Of a stretch of 57,879 nt of DNA, positions 40,388 to 48,501 are shown piece by piece. Below the pieces are notes generated by a model that was not told the DNA's origin, ran no database searches, and was given only the letters and a program-made list of their open reading frames with translations. The DNA is from Lancefieldella parvula (GTDB lineage: Bacteria > Actinomycetota > Coriobacteriia > Coriobacteriales > Atopobiaceae), in assembly GCF_963530955.1 (NCBI RefSeq), contig NZ_CAUSFQ010000001.1:1-57879 (forward strand). Direction: 5' to 3'. The position numbers were made by a program, and so were the translations under genes. How positions within the stretch are numbered: the stretch's first letter is position 1; every line of letters starts with the position of its first letter.

Positions 40388-40930
40388 ATGAACTATTCAA
40401 ATATTAAGTTTTCAGATATTGCAAATGGTGTTGGCGTAAGAACAACTCTGTTTGTTTCAGGCTGCCGTCTGCACTGTGAAGGCTGCTTTAATTACGAGGC
40501 GTGGGACTTCAAGAGCGGCGGAGAGTTTACTCCAGAAGTTGAGCAAGAGATTATTGACTCTCTTGCACCTGTCTATATCAACGGTCTTTCCATCCTTGGT
40601 GGAGAGCCTTTTGAGCCGGAAAACCAAGAAGGTCTTGTTGAGTTTGTCGAGAAGGTCAGAGCTACCTATCCACAAAAGAGCATTTGGATGTATTCGGGTC
40701 ACACCTGGGATCAGCTGACCGAGGGAAAGTGGCACACAGAGTACACTGATCGCATTCTGTCTTGTATTGATGTTCTGGTAGATGGTCCATGGGTTCAGAG
40801 CCTTCACGATATTACCTTGCGTTTTAGAGGCTCCTCCAACCAGCGTCTTATTGATGTTCCTAAAACGCTTACTTCAGGAGAGATTACACTTTGGTCCGAT
40901 GGACCTATGCTGAGCTCTCGTGAGATGTAA
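40388..40930 (+). CDS. nrdG: Anaerobic RNR activating protein (radical SAM)
   Basis: GVR.TLFVSGCRLHCEGCFN, LGGEP, FRGSSNQR. Confidence 0.96.
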   Translation: MNYSNIKFSDIANGVGVRTTLFVSGCRLHCEGCFNYEAWDFKSGGEFTPEVEQEIIDSLAPVYINGLSILGGEPFEPENQEGLVEFVEKVRATYPQKSIWMYSGHTWDQLTEGKWHTEYTDRILSCIDVLVDGPWVQSLHDITLRFRGSSNQRLIDVPKTLTSGEITLWSDGPMLSSREM

Positions 40931-40944
40931 GAGCTCCAAAACGC

Positions 40945-40971
40945 AAAAAAGCCCGCGTATGCAGGCTTTTT
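40945..40971. terminator. Bidirectional terminator between convergent genes
   Basis: A6-GCCCGC-gtat-GCAGGC-T5. Confidence 0.65.
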
Positions 40972-40998
40972 GTTTAGGGTCGTGTTGTATAGAGAGCT

Positions 40999-41946
40999 TT
41001 AGTTTTCTGAAGGAGTTTGGGACTCTGCGGGTTTCTCGCCAAGCTCACTGATAAAGATTGCAACAAAGATAACAATGAAGCCCAGGAAAATTGTAGGGGT
41101 AATAACTTCGGCAAGGAAGATAACGCCAAAAACTGCTGCAAAAATACTGTCCAGAGAAATAATTAGTGAGGCCTGAACAGGAGCAACTGACTTCTGTGCG
41201 CGGTTCTGCAAAACACCAGTCAGTGCGGTTGCAATAAGAGTGATGTAGGCGAGAGCAACCCAGGCATTTGTGGACAATACCGCAAAATTGGGAACCGTTT
41301 CAAAGCAAAGCGCGTAGGCAAGGCAGGGAAGGGCACTCACGCCAAGCTGCACCACCGTAAGCGTGATGATGTCGTATTTGTGAGCAAGCTCGGCAGTAAG
41401 CACAAAAACGAAGGCAAAAATAATGGCTGAGAGCAAGGTCATCTGCTCGCCCAAGCCAAACGAGAACGAAAAATCAGTGCCCAGTGAGATAAGACCAATG
41501 CCAGCTACGCATAAAAAGGCTGCAAAAATACTGGTTCCATGAGGTTTTTTCTTTGCAATGAGCCAGTTTACAAACGGAATCATCGCGCAATAAATTGATG
41601 CAATAAAAGCAGCTTTACCTGCAGTGGTATAAGCAAGAGCTCCATTTTGGAACAGAAATCCTAGACCGTTAAGAACGCCTAAGAGCACGCCGTATTTGAT
41701 ATGTGTGACATTCAAGTGTTCTTTAAGTTTTTTTCTAAAGATGATGGCAACAATACCTACGGCAAAGACAAAACGTAAAGTCATAAGCCAAGCTGCCGAG
41801 ATGTAACTAATTGCATCTTTGATAACGACAAATGACCCGCCCCAGATAAGTGCGCAGACAAGAAGAGCAAACTTCCATACAAGCGCAGAAGAAGTATCTA
41901 GTGTGAGTCTGGAAGAGTTTCTAGTAGAAAGATCTGATAATGCCAC
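40999..41946 (-). CDS. DMT/EamA-family transporter
   Basis: About 10 TM; IWGGSF, TTAGKAAFI, two EamA-like halves. Confidence 0.9.
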   Translation of the reverse strand: MALSDLSTRNSSRLTLDTSSALVWKFALLVCALIWGGSFVVIKDAISYISAAWLMTLRFVFAVGIVAIIFRKKLKEHLNVTHIKYGVLLGVLNGLGFLFQNGALAYTTAGKAAFIASIYCAMIPFVNWLIAKKKPHGTSIFAAFLCVAGIGLISLGTDFSFSFGLGEQMTLLSAIIFAFVFVLTAELAHKYDIITLTVVQLGVSALPCLAYALCFETVPNFAVLSTNAWVALAYITLIATALTGVLQNRAQKSVAPVQASLIISLDSIFAAVFGVIFLAEVITPTIFLGFIVIFVAIFISELGEKPAESQTPSEN

Positions 41947-42147
41947 GCGCTATCCATTCCCGTCGAAGATAAAAGTTAAGGTATAGGTAGTGTTCTGAGA
42001 AAATCAAACGCGTGCAAGTATACGTGATTTTGCACTTGAAGGGCCCCACAAGCAGCATAAAAATGAGATTAGAAGTATACTCACATCTGAAAGAAAAATA
42101 AGTGTGTGCGATTGTTTTATGCAAGAAGATATTTCAAGGAGACTTGT

Positions 42148-43032
42148 ATGTCCAACTACGTTTTGACCTGTTGTTCTACGGCCGATGTAAGTGAGAAGTA
42201 CCTTCAGTCACGTGATGTGAAATACGTATATTTCAACTACGAGCTTGACGGTGTTCAGTGCAAGGATGACTTTGGTCGCACTAATGCACCAGCTGATCTC
42301 TATAAAAAGATGCTTGCAGGTGCTGAGTGCCGCACTTCACAGGTATCAATTGGTGAGTACATGGCCTTCTGGCGTCCTTTCCTGGAGGAAGGCAAAGACG
42401 TTCTTCATGTTTCGTTAAGTTCTGGCGTTTCTGGAACATACGAGTCTGCTTGCCAGGCAAAGGTAGAGATTGAGCAGGAGTTCCCTGACAGAAAGATTGA
42501 GGTTGTTGACTCTCTGCAGGCATCTTCTGGTTATGGTCTCTTGGTAGATGGTCTTGCCGATAAACGCGATGAAGGCCTGTCTTTTGACGAGGCAGTTGCA
42601 TGGGCTAAAGAAGCACGTCATCGTGTGTATGGCTGGTTCTTCTCTACAGATTTGACCTTCTTTGTTCGTGGTGGTCGCATTTCTAAGACAGCTGGCTTAC
42701 TTGGTGGCATGCTTAACATTTGTCCTGTTATGGATGCCGAGGCCGACGGCTCTTTGGCTGTTAAAGAGAAGGCACGTGGCAAAAAGAAGGCAATTGCTCG
42801 CGTTGTTGAGATTATGACTCAGACTGCTGAGCGGGGAAACGCTTATGCGCGTAAGGTGTTTATCTCTAACTCCGAGTGCGCTTCTGATGCTCAGGCTGTT
42901 AAAGAGCTTATTAAAGAAAAACTTCCTCAGACAGGCGATATCAACATCTTTACTATTGGTGCAACAATTGGCGTTCATACTGGTCCTGGAACTGTTGCAA
43001 CGTTCTGGTGGGGAGAAGAGCCTCGCGCTTAA
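42148..43032 (+). CDS. DegV/FakB fatty-acid-binding protein
   Basis: TSQ, LSSGVSGTY, VVDSLQAS.G, GGRI, HTGPG. Confidence 0.92.
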   Translation: MSNYVLTCCSTADVSEKYLQSRDVKYVYFNYELDGVQCKDDFGRTNAPADLYKKMLAGAECRTSQVSIGEYMAFWRPFLEEGKDVLHVSLSSGVSGTYESACQAKVEIEQEFPDRKIEVVDSLQASSGYGLLVDGLADKRDEGLSFDEAVAWAKEARHRVYGWFFSTDLTFFVRGGRISKTAGLLGGMLNICPVMDAEADGSLAVKEKARGKKKAIARVVEIMTQTAERGNAYARKVFISNSECASDAQAVKELIKEKLPQTGDINIFTIGATIGVHTGPGTVATFWWGEEPRA

Positions 43033-43067
43033 GATGTTGCTCGAGTAGGTAAGAAAGGGCTTTAGTC

Positions 43068-44261
43068 ATGGTTAATTTTGAGTACGTTGTACCTACTCAG
43101 GTGGTTTTTGGAAAAGATACTCAGCTTCGTGCGGCAGAGCTTGTCTCTGCTCACGGAGGCAGCAAGGTGCTAGTGCATTTTGGTGGCAATCATGTGGTAA
43201 AGAGCGGATTGCTTGACCAGATTCACCAGCTTTTAAGCGATGCTGGAATTACGTATGTTGATTGTGGTGGAGTTGTTCCTAACCCTCGTTTAGAGCTTGC
43301 AGAAGAAGCTGTAGAGCTGGGTAAACGCGAGGGTGTTGACTTCATTTTGGCTATCGGCGGCGGGTCTGTCATGGATTCCGCTAAGGCGATTGCATACGGC
43401 CTGGCCAATGACATTTCTCTTGAAGACCTCTATTTGCATAAGGTCAGTGTTTCAAAGGCAACTCCTATTGGTGTCATTTCTACTATTGCAGGAACTGGCT
43501 CTGAGACCTCTGATTCTTCCGTCATGAACATTACGCTGGCTGATGGTCGTGTGCTTAAGCGTTCTTATCACCATCAGAGCGGCCGTCCTTACTTTGCCAT
43601 CATGAACCCAGAGCTCACTTACTCTGTGAGTGCGTATCAGACGGCGTCAACAGGCGCTGATATCATGATGCACACCATGGAGCGCTACTTTACGCTCGAG
43701 AAGGACGTGGCACTCACTGACGAGCTAGCTGAGGGGCTCTTACGCACCGTAAAAGAAGCTGTCTTGATTGCTGTCAAAGAACCAGAGAATTACGCTGCAC
43801 GTGCAGATTTGCTCTGGGCATCGTCGCTTTCTCACTGCGGACTTACCGGAACTGGTCGCGTAAGCGATTTTGCTTCTCATGCAATTGAGCATGAGCTTAG
43901 CGCAAAGTATGATGTAGCTCACGGTGCTGGTCTCACGGCTATTTGGGCAAGTTGGGCTCGCTATGTTATGAGCCAAGATCCAGAGCGCTTTGCGCAGTTT
44001 GCGGTTAATGTTTTTGGAGTTCAAAATAACTTCCATAATCCAACAGCTACGGGCCTTGCGGGAATCGAAGCTTGGAACCAGTGGTGTCATGCAATTGGTA
44101 TGCCAACCTCCCTTGCAGAGCTTGGAGTTGCCCCTTCTGAAGAGGATATTCTTCAGATGGCTGAGGGCACTATTGACGCTCGCGGTGGAGACCATGCAGG
44201 CAACTTTATGCAACTTAAAACAGCAGATGTTCAGCAGATTCTGAGGATGGCTCTAAAGTAA
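43068..44261 (+). CDS. Iron-containing alcohol dehydrogenase (butanol dehydrogenase-like)
   Basis: AIGGGSVMDSAK, GTGSE, H.ME, HAIEHELS, HGAGL. Confidence 0.92.
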   Translation: MVNFEYVVPTQVVFGKDTQLRAAELVSAHGGSKVLVHFGGNHVVKSGLLDQIHQLLSDAGITYVDCGGVVPNPRLELAEEAVELGKREGVDFILAIGGGSVMDSAKAIAYGLANDISLEDLYLHKVSVSKATPIGVISTIAGTGSETSDSSVMNITLADGRVLKRSYHHQSGRPYFAIMNPELTYSVSAYQTASTGADIMMHTMERYFTLEKDVALTDELAEGLLRTVKEAVLIAVKEPENYAARADLLWASSLSHCGLTGTGRVSDFASHAIEHELSAKYDVAHGAGLTAIWASWARYVMSQDPERFAQFAVNVFGVQNNFHNPTATGLAGIEAWNQWCHAIGMPTSLAELGVAPSEEDILQMAEGTIDARGGDHAGNFMQLKTADVQQILRMALK

Positions 44262-44354
44262 AGTTTTTCAAGGCAAATTTTGTTTCATTGCGGGTATTAT
44301 TACTACATACGAAGTTACTGAGCCACAAAGCTCAAACATACGGAAGGAAGATTC

Positions 44355-44813
44355 ATGAGCGGTTTTGTTAAAGCAGACAACGTTTTTGTTAATCAGAACG
44401 CAGCGAGCCGTAATGATGTCCTGCGTTTTATTGCCAATAAGGCTCAGGAGGCTGGCGTAACTGATAATGCAGACGCTGTTTACAACGCTTTCCTAGCTCG
44501 CGAGGAGATGGGTGAGACCGGCATGACTGACGGCTTTGCAGTTCCTCACGCAAAAGACGCGGCTATCAAGGACGCAGCTGTCTTTGTCTTCAAGAACAAC
44601 ACCCCTCTTGAGTGGCCTTCTTTTGACGAGAAGCCCGTTGATGTTGCTATTGCACTGCTTGTCCCAGATGGAGAGGCTGGCACCACTCACATCAAGCTTC
44701 TTTCTAAGACCGCTGTTCTTCTGATGAGAGATGAGTTTAAGTCCTTCCTTCGTGGCTCTAATGATCAGGAAGCTATCGCTCAGGCTATTAACGAGGGCAT
44801 TAACGAGGAGTAG
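44355..44813 (+). CDS. Stand-alone PTS EIIA (Fru/Ntr type)
   Basis: RE..G.TG...GFAVPHAK phospho-His motif; HIKLLS. Confidence 0.9.
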   Translation: MSGFVKADNVFVNQNAASRNDVLRFIANKAQEAGVTDNADAVYNAFLAREEMGETGMTDGFAVPHAKDAAIKDAAVFVFKNNTPLEWPSFDEKPVDVAIALLVPDGEAGTTHIKLLSKTAVLLMRDEFKSFLRGSNDQEAIAQAINEGINEE

Positions 44814-44880
44814 GGTTTCTCGCCAGGCTATAGGGGGCTTGACGGGTACTTTCTGTAACAGTTTAACTGGGTAAAATTTT

Positions 44881-44914
44881 GGACACTCAAGCACAAACTT
44901 GAGTGTCCTTTTTT
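44881..44914 (+). terminator. Intrinsic terminator after PTS EIIA
   Basis: GGACACTCAAG-cacaaa-CTTGAGTGTCC-T6. Confidence 0.8.
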
Positions 44915-44963
44915 GTGTAAAAAGGCGTACACTTGTACTAGTTTTAGTCGAGAAGGGAGTCAG

Positions 44964-45536
44964 ATGTTAACACCATGTACTGACAAGCGCGTTGCTGTCT
45001 TTTTTGCTGATGGTTGTGAAGAGATTGAGGGACTGAGCGTTGTTGACGTCCTGTATCGTGCAGGTATTCCCTGTGACAAAGTGTCTATCTCTGATTCTTT
45101 GAGCGTGACTTCTTCTCACCAGGTTACTTTTTTAACAGACAAGCTGCTCAGTCAGGTCTCGTTTGATGATTACAGCATGTTGGTGCTTCCTGGTGGTCTT
45201 CCCGGAACCACTAATCTTGAAGCTTGTGAGCCACTTATGCAGGCAGTTGATGCGTTTGCAGCAGATGGTCGTGCGCTTGCCGCAATTTGTGCAGCTCCTT
45301 CAATTTACGCTAAGCGTGGATTGCTTGCGGGTAAGAAGGCTACGTCTAATCCAGGTTTCCAGCATTTTCTCTCAGAGAATGGCGCCAATCTTTCGCAAGA
45401 TGCGGTTTGTGTTGATGGCTCTTTCATTACCAGCCAAGGTGCAGGAACCGCTCTTAAGTTTGGTCTAGAGATTGTCCGTTATCTTGTAGGTAATGACGTG
45501 GCAGAAAAAGTTTCTCAAGGTATTGTGCTTATCTAA
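44964..45536 (+). CDS. DJ-1/YajL/ThiJ family protein
   Basis: GCEEIE, LVLPGG.PG, AAICAAP, ITSQG.GT. Confidence 0.92.
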   Translation: MLTPCTDKRVAVFFADGCEEIEGLSVVDVLYRAGIPCDKVSISDSLSVTSSHQVTFLTDKLLSQVSFDDYSMLVLPGGLPGTTNLEACEPLMQAVDAFAADGRALAAICAAPSIYAKRGLLAGKKATSNPGFQHFLSENGANLSQDAVCVDGSFITSQGAGTALKFGLEIVRYLVGNDVAEKVSQGIVLI

Positions 45537-45539
45537 GCC

Positions 45540-46883
45540 ATGACACCTTCTCAAAAACAGTACCTGGTCATTGATTTAAAGAGTTTCTACGCATCGGTTG
45601 AGTGTGTTGAGCGAGGCCTTGATCCTATGAAGGCTAAGCTTGTTGTGGCAGATCTTACCAGGACAGAAAAGACAATTTGTTTGGCGGTTTCACCGGCGCT
45701 TCGTGCGTTGGGTGTTCCTGGACGTTGTCGCGTTTTTGAGATTCCCAAAAACCTTACTTACGAGGTAGCGCCTCCTCGTATGGCTCTATATGTGGAGCGC
45801 TCTGCAGACGTTTATTCGGTGTACCTCAAATACATTGCCCCAGAAGACATCCACGTTTACTCCATTGACGAGGCATTTATCGATGTAACACCGTACTTAT
45901 CGCTTTACGGATGCACAGCAAGAGAGCTAGGCGAGAAGATCCGTGCAGACGTAGCAAAAACCACTGGTATCCCTGCTACTTGTGGTTTGGGCCCAAACTT
46001 GTACCTGGCAAAAATTGCGCTTGATATTACGGCAAAGCACAGCCCAAATTTCTTTGGTGAGCTTGATGAAGAGTCATACAAACTTAAACTTTGGAACCAT
46101 AAACCTTTGACTGATTTTTGGCATATTGGTGCAGGTATTCAAAAGCGTCTTGCGGCAATGAATATTCACACCATGGGGCAGCTTGCCATGGCTCCTACAG
46201 AACCTTTGTATAAAGAATTTGGCGTTGATGCAGAAATTCTTATTGATCACGCATGGGGCATTGAACCAACTACCATTGCAGATATTAAGGCCTATAAGTC
46301 TCAAAGTCATTCAGTTTCAACAGCACAGGTCTTTGATCACAACAGAGACACAGAAGGTGCGCGCCTCATCTTTAAAGAGATGGTCGAGGCGTTGACGTTA
46401 GAGCTTGTAACGCAAAAGCTGGTCTGCTCTTCTATTGGCATCTATATTGGCTACTCGGCAACAGAGAGCCAGATGGAAGAGCTGAGGCAAACAGGGGATT
46501 ATAGAAACTGGAGAAGACATATTCCCTCCAGTAGTGGTACTAGGAAACTCTCTTACCCTACTAACTCTAGAGATGAGCTTATGGCAGAGGTTTTGTCTTT
46601 CTTTGACGAGCGAGTAATACCTTCAGAAAGCGTGCATCGCGTTGGCCTTACCTTTGGAAACACTCAAGAAGAAACGGGCTCAGGTATTCAGACGTCGCTT
46701 TTCCAGGACAACACTGTTTTAGAAAGAGAACGCCAGCGTCAAGATACTATCAATGCCATAAAGAAGAAGTTTGGTAAGAATTCTTTGCTCAAAGCTATGG
46801 ACTTACTTCCCGAAGCAACTGCACGGCAGAGAAATGCTCAGATTGGAGGACACCGTAGTGGAGAAGAAACCAATGAGGTCTAA
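45540..46883 (+). CDS. Y-family (UmuC/DinB-like) DNA polymerase
   Basis: IDLKSFYASVEC, YSIDEAF, LAKIA, RNAQIGGH C-terminus. Confidence 0.93.
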   Translation: MTPSQKQYLVIDLKSFYASVECVERGLDPMKAKLVVADLTRTEKTICLAVSPALRALGVPGRCRVFEIPKNLTYEVAPPRMALYVERSADVYSVYLKYIAPEDIHVYSIDEAFIDVTPYLSLYGCTARELGEKIRADVAKTTGIPATCGLGPNLYLAKIALDITAKHSPNFFGELDEESYKLKLWNHKPLTDFWHIGAGIQKRLAAMNIHTMGQLAMAPTEPLYKEFGVDAEILIDHAWGIEPTTIADIKAYKSQSHSVSTAQVFDHNRDTEGARLIFKEMVEALTLELVTQKLVCSSIGIYIGYSATESQMEELRQTGDYRNWRRHIPSSSGTRKLSYPTNSRDELMAEVLSFFDERVIPSESVHRVGLTFGNTQEETGSGIQTSLFQDNTVLERERQRQDTINAIKKKFGKNSLLKAMDLLPEATARQRNAQIGGHRSGEETNEV

Positions 46884-47094
46884 ACAGGGTTTCTCGCCAG
46901 TAGAAGCTAGCGCAAAAGAGGATGCGTTTGCAGCGCAGATGCACTACGGACACCCTCGCATGTCGCGGGCAAACAGGGCAAAAATATTTATGCCTTTTGA
47001 TGCTCTGAAAGGTTTACGAGAAGCCTTGGCAGAAAGAGAACAAGAAGCTCAAGACCATATAAAAGACTTTCATGACTTACCACACTGGTCATAG
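46873..47094 (+). CDS. Short YolD-like accessory protein
   Basis: RAKIFMPFDALKG motif typical of YolD-like partners; overlaps the polymerase stop. Confidence 0.7.
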   Translation: MRSKQGFSPVEASAKEDAFAAQMHYGHPRMSRANRAKIFMPFDALKGLREALAEREQEAQDHIKDFHDLPHWS

Positions 47095-47143
47095 GTTTAT
47101 ACGATAAAATAGACAGGTCGTATAAAGAAATCGAGGAGGTTTC

Positions 47144-47743
47144 ATGAACCCCAAAGCAAAGATTGCCATTCCAGCAATTGTGGCTCTCATTTTTATCGTC
47201 ATTGATTTTGTTGCACCAGTTCAGTATCTCAGCTATTTCCACACGGTATTTAACTTTGCAACTCGTCAGACAAACCCTATTTCTCTGATTCTTGCACGTA
47301 TTACCTATATTATTTTCCTGTGCTATCTTTTTGCTGCGGTTTCAGGTCTTTTGAGGGGCTTCCGTCCTCGTCTTAGGTGGGGTCTTTCCATTCTCTCTGT
47401 AGTTGGTTTGACTTCCGCACTTACCGAGCTCTCTGTGATGATTTCTATCAGCCAGGCGGTAAACTTCACCACCCTTATTCTTAACATCATGATTGTGGGC
47501 TTCTTGTTCCTCACGGCTCTTCTTGCACTTCTCATTTGGGTTCGTGCTAAGAAAGAGTTTGACCAGCGTCAGGCTGATCTTGAGGAGGAAGAGGTTGTTG
47601 TTTCTCCAATGCCTCTTGCTACCGAGGGCGCAGAGGTTGCTCCTGTAGTTCCTGTAACTGCAGAGGCTGCAGCAGCACCTGAGGTACCAGCAGCTCCAGC
47701 AGCACCTGAGGCTCCTGCAGCACCAGAGGCTCCACAGGAGTAG
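47144..47743 (+). CDS. Hypothetical 4-TM membrane protein with Ala/Pro/Glu repeat tail
   Basis: GAGGAGG RBS; four hydrophobic segments; repeated PEAPAA-like tail. Confidence 0.75.
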   Translation: MNPKAKIAIPAIVALIFIVIDFVAPVQYLSYFHTVFNFATRQTNPISLILARITYIIFLCYLFAAVSGLLRGFRPRLRWGLSILSVVGLTSALTELSVMISISQAVNFTTLILNIMIVGFLFLTALLALLIWVRAKKEFDQRQADLEEEEVVVSPMPLATEGAEVAPVVPVTAEAAAAPEVPAAPAAPEAPAAPEAPQE

Positions 47744-47797
47744 TTGCTCACCCACTCTCTTCTTGTTTGGAGGAATTCTTACTTATAGGAGAACCGT

Positions 47798-48499
47798 ATG
47801 TCTTTTGTTGAATTTAAAGAGGTAACAAAGACGTATACCATGGGCTCCGTCAAGGTACACGCTGTCCATGACATGAACTTCTCCATAGAAGAGGGCGAGC
47901 TTTGCGTAATTGTTGGCCCATCAGGTGCCGGTAAAACAACTGTCTTAAATATGCTCGGAGGTATGGATACCTGTACCTCCGGGTCTATTTATTTAGACGG
48001 AAAAGAAATTGGCGGGCTTTCGGAAAAAGAAAGAACGCTCTATCGCCGTCATGACATTGGCTTTGTTTTCCAGTTTTACAATCTTGTTCCTAATCTCACT
48101 GCAAAAGAAAACGTTGAGCTTGCTTCTCAGATTTGTCTTGACCCTATGCAGCCAGAAGATGCACTTCGAGCTGTTGGTCTTGAGCATCGTATGGATAACT
48201 TCCCAGCTCAGCTCTCCGGTGGAGAGCAGCAACGCGTTTCTATTGCACGCGCTTTGGCAAAGAATCCGCGTCTTCTGCTCTGCGATGAGCCAACAGGTGC
48301 GCTGGATTATAAAACAGGAAAGCAAATTCTTAAGCTCTTGCAGGATATGTGCAAAGAGCAGCATAAGACCGTGGCTATTGTCACGCACAACTTTGCGTTC
48401 ACTCAAATTGCCGATAGGGTAATCCACGTTAAAGAGGGTCAAGCTCAATCGGTAGAAATTAATCAGCATCCAGCTGACGCACTTACTGTCGAGTGGTAG
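47798..48499 (+). CDS. ABC transporter ATP-binding protein (LolD/MacB type)
   Basis: [27 protein letters not shown]. Confidence 0.95.
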   Translation: MSFVEFKEVTKTYTMGSVKVHAVHDMNFSIEEGELCVIVGPSGAGKTTVLNMLGGMDTCTSGSIYLDGKEIGGLSEKERTLYRRHDIGFVFQFYNLVPNLTAKENVELASQICLDPMQPEDALRAVGLEHRMDNFPAQLSGGEQQRVSIARALAKNPRLLLCDEPTGALDYKTGKQILKLLQDMCKEQHKTVAIVTHNFAFTQIADRVIHVKEGQAQSVEINQHPADALTVEW

Positions 48500-48501
48500 T
48501 T

